Shown: positions 47,914-60,270, counted from the first letter of the stretch. The stretch: DNA of 64,000 nt from an uncultured Gemmatimonadaceae bacterium (GCA_963781585.1 CAWAGQ010000011.1:380480-444479), one strand, 5' to 3'. Numbers and translations are program-made. The notes: a model not told the origin generated them from the letters alone.

Positions 47914-47963
47914 TTTACCGGCAACCCCCCCAGGCAGCATCGTGACTAACCGCGTGTAACCGC

Positions 47964-48539
47964 ATGGCAACGGACTTCCTGACCATCCAGCGCGCCATCG
48001 AGGGGGATGAGCGAGCGCTGCGGGCCCTCTGGTCGCAGCACGCGCCGCACGTCGACGCCGTGGTGCGCCGACTGGTCGGGGACGCCGACCTGGCCGAGGA
48101 CATCGCGCAGGAAGTCTGGATCCAGATCTTCCGGGCTCTGCCGTCGTATCGGGGCGAATCGCAGTTCGGGACCTGGGCGCACCGGATCGCCGTGAACCGC
48201 ACGTTGAACGCGCTCCGCCGGACGCGCCGGCTGATGAAGATCGAAACGGACATCACAGAAGACACGGCGGTGGTCGAGCACGGGAGCGAGAAGGCAATGC
48301 TGGCGGCCTCCATCGAGGCGGCGGCGGCGCAGCTCTCGCCGGGGGCCCGCACGGTCTTCCTGCTGCACGATGTGGAAGGGTACACGCACGAGGAAATCGC
48401 AGCCGAACTGGGCATTACGCCCGGCGGCTCGAAATCACAGCTCTTCAAGGCGCGGGCGAAGCTCCGGCGGCTGCTCGCGCACCTGGTGGATAGAGATGAT
48501 GCGGAAACAGGACGGGAACATGTCTCACCTGGCTATTGA
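47964..48539 (+). CDS. ECF RNA polymerase sigma factor
   Basis: AEDIAQEVW, FGTWAHRIAVN, EGYTHEEIA, SKSQLFKAR. Confidence 0.92.
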   Translation: MATDFLTIQRAIEGDERALRALWSQHAPHVDAVVRRLVGDADLAEDIAQEVWIQIFRALPSYRGESQFGTWAHRIAVNRTLNALRRTRRLMKIETDITEDTAVVEHGSEKAMLAASIEAAAAQLSPGARTVFLLHDVEGYTHEEIAAELGITPGGSKSQLFKARAKLRRLLAHLVDRDDAETGREHVSPGY

Positions 48540-49254
48540 GCGACTCGCGGACCTCGCCGACAGCGAGCCGACTCCGTCCGAGCGCGAGCATCTCGGCGAG
48601 TGCACGATGTGTGCATCCGAGCTTGCCGCGTACCAGCGTCTGGTCGCGATCGCGGCCGACGAGCACCGGCGCATCGCGCCGCCGCTCACCAGTTGGGGGG
48701 CGCTGCGGACGCAGTTGCGGCGGGAGGGGGCGATCACCAGGCCGATCACGCTCGATCCGTCGCACACGGCCACGGCGCGGCTGGTGCGCGGCGTGCAGCG
48801 GGCCGCAGCGGCGGTGGTGCTGATCGTCGGTGGCACGATGTTCGGGAGATTCTCGGCGGGACTGTCGGCGCGCGAGGCGGTGGCGGTAGGCGATCTCCGG
48901 TTTGCGGAAGGACGCCGGTCGGCCGATTCCGCGACGTCGCTGCTCGGCGGTCAGGACTTCGCGTCGGCATCGGATGCCGTCGCGACCCTCGAGCGCACGC
49001 AGCGGGAGTACGACCGGGCGGTCCAGTACCTCACCACGCACGACACGTCGTCGAGCGAGGGGGCGCCGGACCAGTACCGCGCGCGGCTGGCGGTGGTCGA
49101 TCACATCGCGGACTACTCGCTTCGGGCGCTCCGTGACGCGCCGCAGGATCCGGTCATCAACCAGCTGTACCTCAGCACGTTAGGCGCCCGGGACATGACA
49201 CTCAACAAGCTGGGCACGGTGCTGCCGGTGGGAGCGCGACTCACCAAGTTCTGA
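48520..49254 (+). CDS. Zinc-binding anti-sigma factor (ZAS) with TM helix
   Basis: HLGECTMC (HxxxCxxC), central TM, overlaps the sigma gene. Confidence 0.75.
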   Translation: MSHLAIERLADLADSEPTPSEREHLGECTMCASELAAYQRLVAIAADEHRRIAPPLTSWGALRTQLRREGAITRPITLDPSHTATARLVRGVQRAAAAVVLIVGGTMFGRFSAGLSAREAVAVGDLRFAEGRRSADSATSLLGGQDFASASDAVATLERTQREYDRAVQYLTTHDTSSSEGAPDQYRARLAVVDHIADYSLRALRDAPQDPVINQLYLSTLGARDMTLNKLGTVLPVGARLTKF

Positions 49255-49423
49255 TCGGGACGGTGCCGGGGATCGGGCGGCAGACGCCGATGCGCCGTCG
49301 TTGGGGAACGGGTTGGGAGCTGATCGCTGAAGGCTGGTCGCCGAGAGGGGACGGGGGGCGTGGGCCGCGGAGGGTCGGGAGCGGGTGAACGAAATCGGAG
49401 TGGGACGTGACGCATTGAGTCAT

Positions 49424-50575
49424 ATGAGAATCGTGAAGCAATTCGGCAGGAATTCGTTGATATTTGCCGTGCTGGCGCTGTTCGCCGCCGCCACCACCGC
49501 CGCGCCGCAGGAGCCGGTGCGCGTGCACGCGGTGTCGACGCTCGAGGCGCAGGTGGATCGGATCGCGCGCGAGCTCGAAATGCAGCGCCGGCTGCAGAGC
49601 GAGATGATGCGGACCTACGCGCAGCTGGTGACGAGTGCGCGGGACTCGGACGTGTCGCAGCGGGCGGGAAACGAGGGCGCGGCCCGGGCCATCTTCGAGC
49701 GCCTCACCGCGACAGCCTCCGAGGTGTCGCGACTGAAGCGTGAGCTGCAGACGCTTTGCAACTCGGATCAGAAGCCCCAGGGGTACCTGGGCGTGGTCCT
49801 GAATGGAAAGGTCACCGTCACGCGCGAGGGCGACGGGCCCGACGTGTTCATGTACCACGGCAATCAGGTCGTGGAATCGGTCGAACCGGGGTCCCCGGCG
49901 TCGAAGTCCGGCCTCCGCACCGGCGACGTCATCATCGCGATGGGCGGCCAGGAGCTGCGCGCGGGAGATGTCAGCGCGGCACAGCTCCTGCGGCCCGGGG
50001 CGAGACTTCCCGTGCAGTTTGAGCGCGACGGTGCCACGCGCAGCGTCATGGTGCTGGTGGAGCGGCGTCCTGACGGATACGGGATGATGTGTCCGTGGAT
50101 GGACGCGACCATTGCCACCGCGATGGCGCCCGTGCCTAACGAGTTCTACCTGCAGATCGCGACCGCCGACTCGTCGTCGGACACGCCGGTGCGGCGCTAC
50201 GTGTTCCCGGCGCCCACCCCGTCACCGTCGACCGCTCGCGCTTCCGCCGGCCCGAACACCGTCTACCTGGGCCCGTTCGTCGCGCAGTTCGCCTCCGGGA
50301 CCAACACGGTGGCCGGTGCCCAACTGGTGCAGATGAATCGGGGACTCGGAGAGACCTTCGGCGTCGACCACGGCCTGCTCGTGCTCAAGGTCCTTCCCGG
50401 CGCCCCGGCGGAAAGGTCGGGCTTCCACGAGGGCGACGTGCTCCTCACCGCGGACGATCAGGATCTGACGTCGCCGCTCGTCCTGCAGCGCGCGATGGTG
50501 CTGTCGTCAGATCACGAGGTCAAGCTCGTGATCGTGCGGAAGAAGGCGCGGCGGAACATGACCCTGCGGTGGTAA
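49424..50575 (+). CDS. Secreted coiled-coil protein with two PDZ domains
   Basis: Signal peptide; GYLGV, VEPGSPASKSGLRTGDVI, VLPGAPAERSGFHEGDVL; no trypsin domain seen. Confidence 0.75.
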   Translation: MRIVKQFGRNSLIFAVLALFAAATTAAPQEPVRVHAVSTLEAQVDRIARELEMQRRLQSEMMRTYAQLVTSARDSDVSQRAGNEGAARAIFERLTATASEVSRLKRELQTLCNSDQKPQGYLGVVLNGKVTVTREGDGPDVFMYHGNQVVESVEPGSPASKSGLRTGDVIIAMGGQELRAGDVSAAQLLRPGARLPVQFERDGATRSVMVLVERRPDGYGMMCPWMDATIATAMAPVPNEFYLQIATADSSSDTPVRRYVFPAPTPSPSTARASAGPNTVYLGPFVAQFASGTNTVAGAQLVQMNRGLGETFGVDHGLLVLKVLPGAPAERSGFHEGDVLLTADDQDLTSPLVLQRAMVLSSDHEVKLVIVRKKARRNMTLRW

Positions 50576-50599
50576 GCGGCGCTCCGCTGACCGGCTGAC

Positions 50600-51391
50600 C
50601 TACCTCGTCCCCGCCGCGACGCTCGCCGCACTCCCCACCCGGCCCGGCGGCAAGGCGTACAGCAGCAGCGCGGTGGCGCGATCGGACGCCGACAGATCCT
50701 GCACGCGCACCTTGGCCGCCATGATCGACGAACTGTCGGTGGTGTGATCGAGACCGATCAGGTGGCCGACTTCGTGCAGCGCGATCGCACGGACTGCGGA
50801 CGTATCAAGAGTCTCTCCTGACTTGTGGTGCACCGCGATCTGAATGCTCGCATCGACGATCCACCAGTGATCATCGTGCGCCCACAGAGTCTTTCCGCTG
50901 ATCTTCTCGGAGAAGTGGTCGAGCCACGTGACCCGGACGTCGGCCATGGTGGAGTCGACTACGAAGCTGAAGGAGATCGGGACGCCCGTTTCGCTCCAGG
51001 TGACGAACGCGCTCCGGACGAGCGGGACGAAGCGCGGAGTGAAGTCTTTCACGTTCGAGAGCGGCTGCACCCACACGCGCAGCGGATTGGTGCGCCGATC
51101 GGGCCATCGGACGATCGCCGAATCGCGCTCAGCCAGGATCTCACCGATGTACGTGCCCGGAGCGGAGAGCTCCAGACGACGCCTGACGTCCGCGACCTCG
51201 GAACCCGGCACCTCCGTCGAATCGGGCGCAGCCTCAGCGACGGTGGCGGACGTCTCCACCGGCGTCGCCCCGTAGCTCGCCGTGTGCTGCGAGCGCGCCA
51301 CGGCACGTCGATGGGTATCGACCGCCTGATGACCGACAAAGGCCGCCAGGGAGAGGAGGGAGACGGCGAGGAAGATGTTCAGACGTTTCAT
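50600..51391 (-). CDS. Matrixin-family (M10) metalloprotease
   Basis: HEVGHLIGLDH zinc motif and SSIM Met-turn; N-terminal signal/TM. Confidence 0.88.
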   Translation of the reverse strand: MKRLNIFLAVSLLSLAAFVGHQAVDTHRRAVARSQHTASYGATPVETSATVAEAAPDSTEVPGSEVADVRRRLELSAPGTYIGEILAERDSAIVRWPDRRTNPLRVWVQPLSNVKDFTPRFVPLVRSAFVTWSETGVPISFSFVVDSTMADVRVTWLDHFSEKISGKTLWAHDDHWWIVDASIQIAVHHKSGETLDTSAVRAIALHEVGHLIGLDHTTDSSSIMAAKVRVQDLSASDRATALLLYALPPGRVGSAASVAAGTR

Positions 51392-51405
51392 GTTGTCGCT
51401 GCGGC

Positions 51406-53701
<2,296 letters not shown>

Positions 53702-53767
53702 CTTTTAACACAGCTACTCTGTGGTTCAAGAAGCTGGCAAGGAGATCCAACGCACCGCCGACGCCCA

Positions 53768-53797
53768 TTGACACATCAACCAATCTTGATTTATCAT
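53768..53797 (+). promoter_or_regulatory. arsR promoter with overlapping operator palindrome
   Basis: TTGACA (53768-73), 18-nt spacer, TATCAT (53792-97); ATCAA-N6-TTGAT at 53775-90; GTG start 7 nt downstream suggests leaderless mRNA. Confidence 0.8.
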
Positions 53798-53804
53798 TCC
53801 GCCT

Positions 53805-54149
53805 GTGACCACCGCCACCCGTCCCACTCCTGCCCCCGATCTCGACCGCGCCGTGATCCTGTTTCACGCGCTGTCCGACTCCACCCGCCTCTCGATCCTC
53901 GAGATGCTGCGAGGCGGCGAGCGATGCGTGTGTGAGTTGCAGGATGAACTGGAGGCCGCGCAGTCGCGTCTGTCTTTCCATCTCCGCGTGCTCAAGGAGT
54001 CCGGCCTGGTCACCGACCGCCGGGAGGGGCGCTGGTCATACTACAGCATCGAACCCGGGGCGTTGGCCGAAGTGCACGACGCTGCCGTCGCGATGCAACC
54101 GAAGAAGAGCGGCCTCCCTCTGCTCCGCGCGGGATCGTGCTGCCGCTGA
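53805..54149 (+). CDS. arsR: ArsR/SmtB repressor
   Basis: ALSDSTRL, ERCVCEL, SFHLRVLKESGLV, C-terminal CC. Confidence 0.92.
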   Translation: MTTATRPTPAPDLDRAVILFHALSDSTRLSILEMLRGGERCVCELQDELEAAQSRLSFHLRVLKESGLVTDRREGRWSYYSIEPGALAEVHDAAVAMQPKKSGLPLLRAGSCCR

Positions 54150-54166
54150 TTTTTTTTCTGGGATAT

Positions 54167-54182
54167 ATCAACATTTCTTGAT
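54167..54182. promoter_or_regulatory. Second ArsR operator palindrome
   Basis: ATCAA-catttc-TTGAT, same arms and spacing as 53775-90, upstream of the arsM RBS. Confidence 0.75.
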
Positions 54183-54198
54183 AGCTGCGAGGAGAGCG

Positions 54199-55179
54199 AT
54201 GACCGCGAAAGCCGAACACGATTTGACGAAGGCGCCCACGACGCTCGAAGAAATCCGCGCGACGGTGCAGGCGCGATACGGCGCAGCTGCGCAGCGCGTC
54301 GCTGAGGGCGCAACCGCCGGCGCCGGCTGCTGCGGGCCCGCCGACGGATCCAGCGGCTGCTGCGGTGCGACGAGTGAGTCGTGGGATCCGATCACCGCCG
54401 ATCTGTACGAGGCGGGTGAAACCGCGGGCCTTCCCGCCGAAGCGCTCCTTGCCTCACTCGGCTGCGGCAATCCCACCGCGCTCGCCGAGCTCGTCGAGGG
54501 CGAGACGGTTCTCGACCTCGGCTCGGGTGGCGGCATCGACGTGCTGCTCTCAGCGCGGCGCGTTGGGCCGACGGGCAAGGCGTACGGCCTCGACATGACC
54601 GACGAAATGCTGGCGCTGGCGCTCGAGAACAAGGCGAAGGCCGGAGCGACGAATGTGGAGTTCCTCAAGGGGCACATCGAGGCGATCCCGCTGCCGTCGA
54701 ACACGGTGGACGTGATCATCTCGAACTGCGTGATCAACCTCTCGGGCGACAAGCGACAGGTCCTGAAAGAGGCATTCCGCGTCCTCAGGCCCGGTGGCCG
54801 CTTCGCCGTGAGCGATGTGGTCGTGCGCGAGGGGCTGCCGGAGGCGGTGCGGGAGAGCATGCCGCTCTGGACGGGGTGCGTGGCCGGAGCGCTCACGGAC
54901 CAGGCATTTCTCGACCTTCTCGGAGACGTGGGTTTCGAGAGCGCGAGCATCGAGCCGACCCGGATCTATACGCGCGACGACGCGGCCGCCCTGCTCCAGG
55001 GGTCGGGCCTCGATATCGCGCTCGCGGATCAGGTGGAAGGACGGATCATGAGCGCGTTCGTGCGCGCCACCAAGCCGGGGGGACCGGCGGCGCGTCCGAA
55101 GCCGCACCGCTCACTTGCCGCCCTCGGCGCGCCTGACGCGAAGCGGGACTGCGGCTGCGACGACGGCTGCTGTCGCTGA
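54199..55179 (+). CDS. arsM: Arsenite S-adenosylmethionine methyltransferase
   Basis: SLGCGNP, LDLGSGGGID, ISNCVINL, WTGCVAGAL; Cys pairs at both ends. Confidence 0.93.
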   Translation: MTAKAEHDLTKAPTTLEEIRATVQARYGAAAQRVAEGATAGAGCCGPADGSSGCCGATSESWDPITADLYEAGETAGLPAEALLASLGCGNPTALAELVEGETVLDLGSGGGIDVLLSARRVGPTGKAYGLDMTDEMLALALENKAKAGATNVEFLKGHIEAIPLPSNTVDVIISNCVINLSGDKRQVLKEAFRVLRPGGRFAVSDVVVREGLPEAVRESMPLWTGCVAGALTDQAFLDLLGDVGFESASIEPTRIYTRDDAAALLQGSGLDIALADQVEGRIMSAFVRATKPGGPAARPKPHRSLAALGAPDAKRDCGCDDGCCR

Positions 55180-55202
55180 CGCGAGTTCGGAGTCGCACGC
55201 TC

Positions 55203-56330
55203 GTGGGCGCTTCCGCAGCCGTTCACGCGTCCGACGCCGCCGGGACGCCGGGGTCGGTCGTGCGCCGTCTCTCGACGCTCGATCGCTTTCTGCCATTCTG
55301 GATCTTCGCCGCGATGGGGCTCGGACTCGCCCTCGGCCGCGCCTTCCCGGGTCTCGGGGCGGCGCTCGACCGGGTACAGATCGCCGGCGTGTCGGTGCCG
55401 ATCGGCATCGGGCTCCTGTGGATGATGTACCCGGTACTCGCCAAGGTGCGCTACGAGACCATCGGCCGGCACGTGGCGAACGGGAGGCTCCTGGGCACGT
55501 CCCTCTTCTTCAACTGGCTGCTTGGTCCGCTGGTGATGTTCGCCCTCGCCTGGCTGTTCCTCCCCGACCTGCCGGCGTACCGGAACGGGCTGGTGCTGAT
55601 CGGACTCGCGCGCTGCATCGCGATGGTGCTGATCTGGAACTCGCTGGCCTGCGGCTCGGGCGAGCTGGCGGCGGTGCTGGTGGCTCTCAACTCGATCTTC
55701 CAGATCCTCACCTACAGCGTCCTGGGGTGGCTCTTCCTGACGGTGATTCCAGGATGGTTGGGCGGACAGACGGCCGTGGTGCACGTATCCATGTGGGCGA
55801 TCGCGAAGAGCGTGCTGATCTTCCTCGGCATCCCGCTGCTCGCGGGCTATCTCACGCGCCGCACGCTCGTGGCGCGCCGGGGCGAGGCGTGGTACAGCGG
55901 GACGTTCATGCCGCGATTCGGGCCGACTGCGCTGGTCGGCCTGCTCTACACGATTGTCCTCATGTTCGCGATGCAGGGCGACCGCATCCTGCAGCTCCCG
56001 GTGGAGGTGCTCCGCATCGCGGTGCCACTCGTCGTGTACTTCGGCGTGATGTTCGGGCTCGCCTTCGTGGTGTCGGCGAAGCTCGGGTTCGGCTATGAGG
56101 AGACGGCGTCGCTGTCGTTCACCGCGGCGGGGAACAACTTCGAACTCGCGATCGCGGTCGCGGTCGCGACCTTCGGCATCGGGTCGGGCGAGGCGCTGGC
56201 GGCGGTGGTCGGTCCACTGGTCGAGGTGCCGGCGCTGATCGGTCTGGTGTACGTCTCGCTCTGGGCGCGTCGCCGCTACTTCGCCGGCGAACCACCGCTC
56301 GGCACGACCGCCGCGGAGTTCGCGCCATGA
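55203..56330 (+). CDS. acr3: Acr3 arsenite efflux transporter
   Basis: LDRFLPFWI, MMYP, LARCIAMV, GNNFELAIAVA, GPLVEVP. Confidence 0.95.
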   Translation: MGASAAVHASDAAGTPGSVVRRLSTLDRFLPFWIFAAMGLGLALGRAFPGLGAALDRVQIAGVSVPIGIGLLWMMYPVLAKVRYETIGRHVANGRLLGTSLFFNWLLGPLVMFALAWLFLPDLPAYRNGLVLIGLARCIAMVLIWNSLACGSGELAAVLVALNSIFQILTYSVLGWLFLTVIPGWLGGQTAVVHVSMWAIAKSVLIFLGIPLLAGYLTRRTLVARRGEAWYSGTFMPRFGPTALVGLLYTIVLMFAMQGDRILQLPVEVLRIAVPLVVYFGVMFGLAFVVSAKLGFGYEETASLSFTAAGNNFELAIAVAVATFGIGSGEALAAVVGPLVEVPALIGLVYVSLWARRRYFAGEPPLGTTAAEFAP

Positions 56331-56818
56331 CCGCCGGCCGCTCCAGGCGCCCGTTCCGGGTGCTGGTGCTGTGCACGGGCAACTCGGCGCGGAGCCAGAT
56401 TGCCGAGGCGCTGCTGACGGCGCGTGGGTCGGGGCGCATCGAAGCCACGAGCGCGGGGATCCATCCCGCCTCACGAGTGAATCCCTGGGCGATCGAGGTG
56501 CTGCGCGCGCACGGTATCGCCTGGGAGGGACGCACGCCGAAGAGCGTCGATCAGGTTGCCGGTCAGCTCTTCGACCTCGTGATCACGGTCTGCGACGACG
56601 CTCGCGAAGCCTGCCCGTTCTTTCCTGGTGCGGGCGCGCAGGTGCACTGGGGCCTGGCCGATCCGGCCCGCGAGACGCAGCCCGAGGTGGCGCGCCGTGC
56701 GTTCCGCGACACGTACCAGGCGCTGGCCGCGCGGGTAGGTGCGCTGCTGGCGTTGCCGCTCGAGCAACTCGGACCGACCGAACTCCGCGATCGGGTGCAG
56801 GCGGTTCATTCCGGATAG
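56327..56818 (+). CDS. arsC: Arsenate reductase (LMW-PTP type)
   Basis: CTGNSARSQIAE, ITVCD, ACP, HWGLADP. Confidence 0.9.
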   Translation: MTAGRSRRPFRVLVLCTGNSARSQIAEALLTARGSGRIEATSAGIHPASRVNPWAIEVLRAHGIAWEGRTPKSVDQVAGQLFDLVITVCDDAREACPFFPGAGAQVHWGLADPARETQPEVARRAFRDTYQALAARVGALLALPLEQLGPTELRDRVQAVHSG

Positions 56819-56948
56819 GGCTGGCTCCCGGCCCCGTCGACCACGGACGCCACGGGAATGATGGCCATGTCCCTCCGAGCGCGTTTCTGCCCCGCGGTCC
56901 CCGTCGGATCGAAGCGATCCTGGAGTCTGGCGTCCGCCTGGCGTGAGT

Positions 56949-58004
56949 CTACCGGAGCGCCGCGCGATCACCGATCCGGGCAAGGGCCCACGCCGCGTGC
57001 TCGCGCACCAGCGGATCGGGATCGTCGCAGGCTTCCTCCAGCACCGGCGCATCGTCGCCGGCGCCGATGTTGCCTAACGCGACCGCCGCATTGCGCTTCA
57101 ACCCGCGGAGTTTCGCGCGTTTCATCGCTGAACCGCGGAATGCCGCGCGGTACGCGGCGTCATCCATCGCCAGTATGTCGCGCGCCAGCCGTCGCGCGTG
57201 CCGGCCGGGAAGATCGCGGCCCGCGAACGGCGACGCTGCCGGCAGCCCGCTCGCGAACTTCGCGTTCCACGGACAGACGTCCTGGCAGATGTCGCACCCG
57301 AAGACGAGCGATCCTATCGGCTCGCGGAGCGCTTCCGGAATCGCGTCGCGCAGCTCAATCGTGAGATAGGAGATGCAGCGACGGGCATCGAGCACCCGCG
57401 GTTCGACGATCGCGCCGGTGGGACAGGCGTCGAGGCAGCGTCGGCAGGTGCCGCAACGGTCGGCATCGAACGGCGCGTCGGGCTCCAGCGCGATATTCAC
57501 CACCAGCGCGCCGAGGAAGAAGAACGAACCTCGCTCCGGGTTGATCAGCATCGTGTTCTTGCCGAACCAGCCCAGTCCCGCCCGCCGCGCCAGGTCCCGC
57601 TCGAGAATCGGTCCGGTGTCCACGTATGATCGGCCACCCACCGCGTGGCCGCACTCCTGCTCCAGCCATCGGTGCAGGGCGTCGAGCCGGTCTCGCATCA
57701 CGTCGTGATAGTCGTTGCCGCGTGCATAACGAGCGACCGGACCCGACGGCTCGCTCCCACCGTAGTCCATCGCGGTCACGATCGCCGACACGGCGCCCGG
57801 CACCACGGCACGGGGATCGCGTCGCGCGTGGGCTCCCCGCTCGAGGTAGTGCATCGTGCCGGCAAAGCCACGGTCCAGCCAGGCGTCGAATGCCGCGGCG
57901 GTCTCCGCCGGGCCCAGGTTCGCGACTCCCGCGAGGTCGAACCCCAGGGCGTAGGCCTGCGCCTTGATGCGCTCCCGCCCGGGCACGGCGTCGGGTGCGT
58001 TCAT
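56949..58004 (-). CDS. queG: tRNA epoxyqueuosine reductase
   Basis: ARYARGNDYH, VDTGPILER, GWFGKN, CGTCRRCLDACP, CISYLTIE, GCDICQDVCPWN. Confidence 0.95.
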   Translation of the reverse strand: MNAPDAVPGRERIKAQAYALGFDLAGVANLGPAETAAAFDAWLDRGFAGTMHYLERGAHARRDPRAVVPGAVSAIVTAMDYGGSEPSGPVARYARGNDYHDVMRDRLDALHRWLEQECGHAVGGRSYVDTGPILERDLARRAGLGWFGKNTMLINPERGSFFFLGALVVNIALEPDAPFDADRCGTCRRCLDACPTGAIVEPRVLDARRCISYLTIELRDAIPEALREPIGSLVFGCDICQDVCPWNAKFASGLPAASPFAGRDLPGRHARRLARDILAMDDAAYRAAFRGSAMKRAKLRGLKRNAAVALGNIGAGDDAPVLEEACDDPDPLVREHAAWALARIGDRAALR

Positions 58005-58249
58005 CGCTGGCGCGCCGCCCAGCGGGCGTAGCGGACCAGGTCGTCCACCGGCGGCACCGCGTGCTCGTCGCCGTACGCGGTGTACATCCGCCAGCGGACG
58101 TACTCGCGCGCGGGGAGGGGGAGGAAAGGAGGCCGCACCGCCCAGCGCCGGGCGCGGAACCGCCAGGCGACGCGGAGCAGATCCCTGGCCAGCGAGGGCG
58201 ACACCGCGGCGCGGACGGCCAGCGAGAAGGTCAGGCGGGGCCAACCCAT
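58001..58249 (-). CDS. Small hypothetical protein coupled to queG
   Basis: 82 aa; ATGA overlap with queG; PPFLPLP..YVRWRMYTAYG looks like a conserved motif. Confidence 0.6.
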   Translation of the reverse strand: MGWPRLTFSLAVRAAVSPSLARDLLRVAWRFRARRWAVRPPFLPLPAREYVRWRMYTAYGDEHAVPPVDDLVRYARWAARQR

Positions 58250-58287
58250 GCAGCAAGTATAGCGATCAGCCGTCCGCTGTCCGCTGG

Positions 58288-60270
58288 CTACTTGCCCGCC
58301 ATCACCCGCTGCGCCGGAAAGTGATACTCTCCCGACCGATACAACCGGTCTGCGGTGTGGTAGTACGCGATCGCGTCGTGCACCAGACTCCGCTCGGCGT
58401 CGCTGGGCGTCTTGACCAACCGCAGCCGTCCCTCTTCATGGTCATAGAGATAGACATCGGTCTGACCCTTCAACCCCAGCACCGCCAGCGTGTCGCCGCG
58501 CATCAGCGCGATCTCGCTGTTGTGCGTCATCAGCGCACGACCCTCGGACGGCGGAATGCTGAACACGTCGTGCCCGTACCATCGCGTATCGTACGGCACC
58601 CCCAGTCGGGCCAGGATGGTCGGCGGAAGGTCGAGTGACGACGTAAGCGTCGCGAGCCGCTGTCCGGTCCCGATGCCCGGTCCGACGAACAGGATGGGGA
58701 CCTCGTAGCTCGGCAGCGGGATCTCGGATGCACCGTAGACGCGAGCGCCGTGATCGCCGAGCAGCACGAACAGCGTGTTCCCGTACCAGGGATGCGTCTG
58801 CGCCTGTGTCATGAAACGGGCCAGTGCCCAGTCGGCGTACTGCACGGCGTTCACCCGGCGGCGTGCGTTCGGGTCGGCCGCGATACGGCCGGCCGGATAC
58901 GAGTACGGCTTGTGGTTGGAGACCGACAGGATCAGCGAATAGAACGGCTGTCCCGTGCGCGCGAGCGAATCCATCTCGGTCAGCGACTTGTCGAAGATGT
59001 ACTCGTCGGCCACGCCCCAGGCGGTGCGGAATACGGAGTCGGGGTAGTCCTTCTGCTCGATCACCCGCTCCATGCCGTTGTCGCGCATGTAACTCCCCAT
59101 TCCGTCGAACAGCGCGCGCCCGCCGTAGATGAACATCGTGGCGTATCCGCGCGAGCGGAGGACTTCTGCCAGCGTGAACAGGTTGTGCGACGCCGTCCGC
59201 CTGACGATGGAGATGCCCGGCAACGGGGGGATGGACGCGCTGGTGGCCTCGAGCGCGCGGATGGTGCGATTCCCGGTCGAGTAGGCGTTGGTGAGCAGCG
59301 TCCCGAGCGCCATCAGGGAGTCGAAGTGCGGCGTGAGGCTGGTGTCGCGCGGATGGAGGGCCCCAACCAGCGTGGATCCCAGGCTCTCCTCGAGCACCAT
59401 GACCACGTTCAGACGCCGCTCCGGTCCGGGGACCTCGATGTGCCGCAGCGTGGAATGCGGATCGAGCGAGGCCGGCGCCAGCTCGGGCTCCGCCAGCAGA
59501 CCGGCGAGACGGGATTGCTCGGCAGGCGTGCTGTCCACCGCATACCATCCCTCGTAAGGCGCATCCTGACCGAGCAGCGCGCCCCAGAACGTGTAGTAGC
59601 CGTTGGCGGCGATCTCGTTCATCGTCCGGTCGTCGGAGACCCGGGCCAGCCCGGGCCCGACGGCGACCGTCAGGGCGCCTAACGTGAGCCCGTACACGAC
59701 CGCGACTGTCGCCCGCGCCCGGCCGGGCGTGGTGGTGGCGAACGTCGCGGCCAGGCGCCGACGCATCAGCCACACGAAGGCGACCGCGGCCACGCCGATG
59801 CCGCCGAAGATCCAGACCAGCGGGTAACTCTCCCACAGATTGGTCGCCACCTCCGTGGGATAGATCAGGTAGTCGACCGCGACGAAGTTGAACCGCCCCC
59901 GGAACTCATCGAAGAACAGCACCTCCGCGACCGCGACGAACACGCCGAGCGCCGCGCCGAACCACAACAGCGCCCGCACCAGCCCCCGATTCGTCGGCCG
60001 GTGGTACCAGCGTTCCGTGGTCAGCGCCAGGTAGAGCACCAGCGGCGCCATGAGCCATCCCACCACGACCACGTCGTAGATCTCGCCGACCACCAGCCCG
60101 CGCAGCACCGCGCCAATCGGCGCCGCGATCTCGCCCCGCGCCATGCCCAGCAGCACCAGTCGGGTGACCAGCGCCAGCGCCAGCGCCGGCACCGCCGCGA
60201 TCGCCACCAGCCCGAAACGCGATCGCGCGAGCCGCGTCATCCGGCCTCTCCCTTCCTCCACCTGTGCCAT
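58288..60270 (-). CDS. LTA synthase-family (alkaline phosphatase superfamily) membrane phosphotransferase
   Basis: Five N-terminal TMs, VLEESL, catalytic Thr region GNRTIRALE, SNHKPY, GDHG. Confidence 0.85.
   Translation of the reverse strand: MAQVEEGRGRMTRLARSRFGLVAIAAVPALALALVTRLVLLGMARGEIAAPIGAVLRGLVVGEIYDVVVVGWLMAPLVLYLALTTERWYHRPTNRGLVRALLWFGAALGVFVAVAEVLFFDEFRGRFNFVAVDYLIYPTEVATNLWESYPLVWIFGGIGVAAVAFVWLMRRRLAATFATTTPGRARATVAVVYGLTLGALTVAVGPGLARVSDDRTMNEIAANGYYTFWGALLGQDAPYEGWYAVDSTPAEQSRLAGLLAEPELAPASLDPHSTLRHIEVPGPERRLNVVMVLEESLGSTLVGALHPRDTSLTPHFDSLMALGTLLTNAYSTGNRTIRALEATSASIPPLPGISIVRRTASHNLFTLAEVLRSRGYATMFIYGGRALFDGMGSYMRDNGMERVIEQKDYPDSVFRTAWGVADEYIFDKSLTEMDSLARTGQPFYSLILSVSNHKPYSYPAGRIAADPNARRRVNAVQYADWALARFMTQAQTHPWYGNTLFVLLGDHGARVYGASEIPLPSYEVPILFVGPGIGTGQRLATLTSSLDLPPTILARLGVPYDTRWYGHDVFSIPPSEGRALMTHNSEIALMRGDTLAVLGLKGQTDVYLYDHEEGRLRLVKTPSDAERSLVHDAIAYYHTADRLYRSGEYHFPAQRVMAGK

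Noticed and set aside
54150..54157. T8 tract as terminator or phase-variation site
   Set aside because: No convincing stem precedes it, and it is intergenic
58288..60270. Evidence of lipoteichoic acid synthesis
   Set aside because: LTA-synthase-family proteins are widespread in diderms as phosphoglycerol-type transferases
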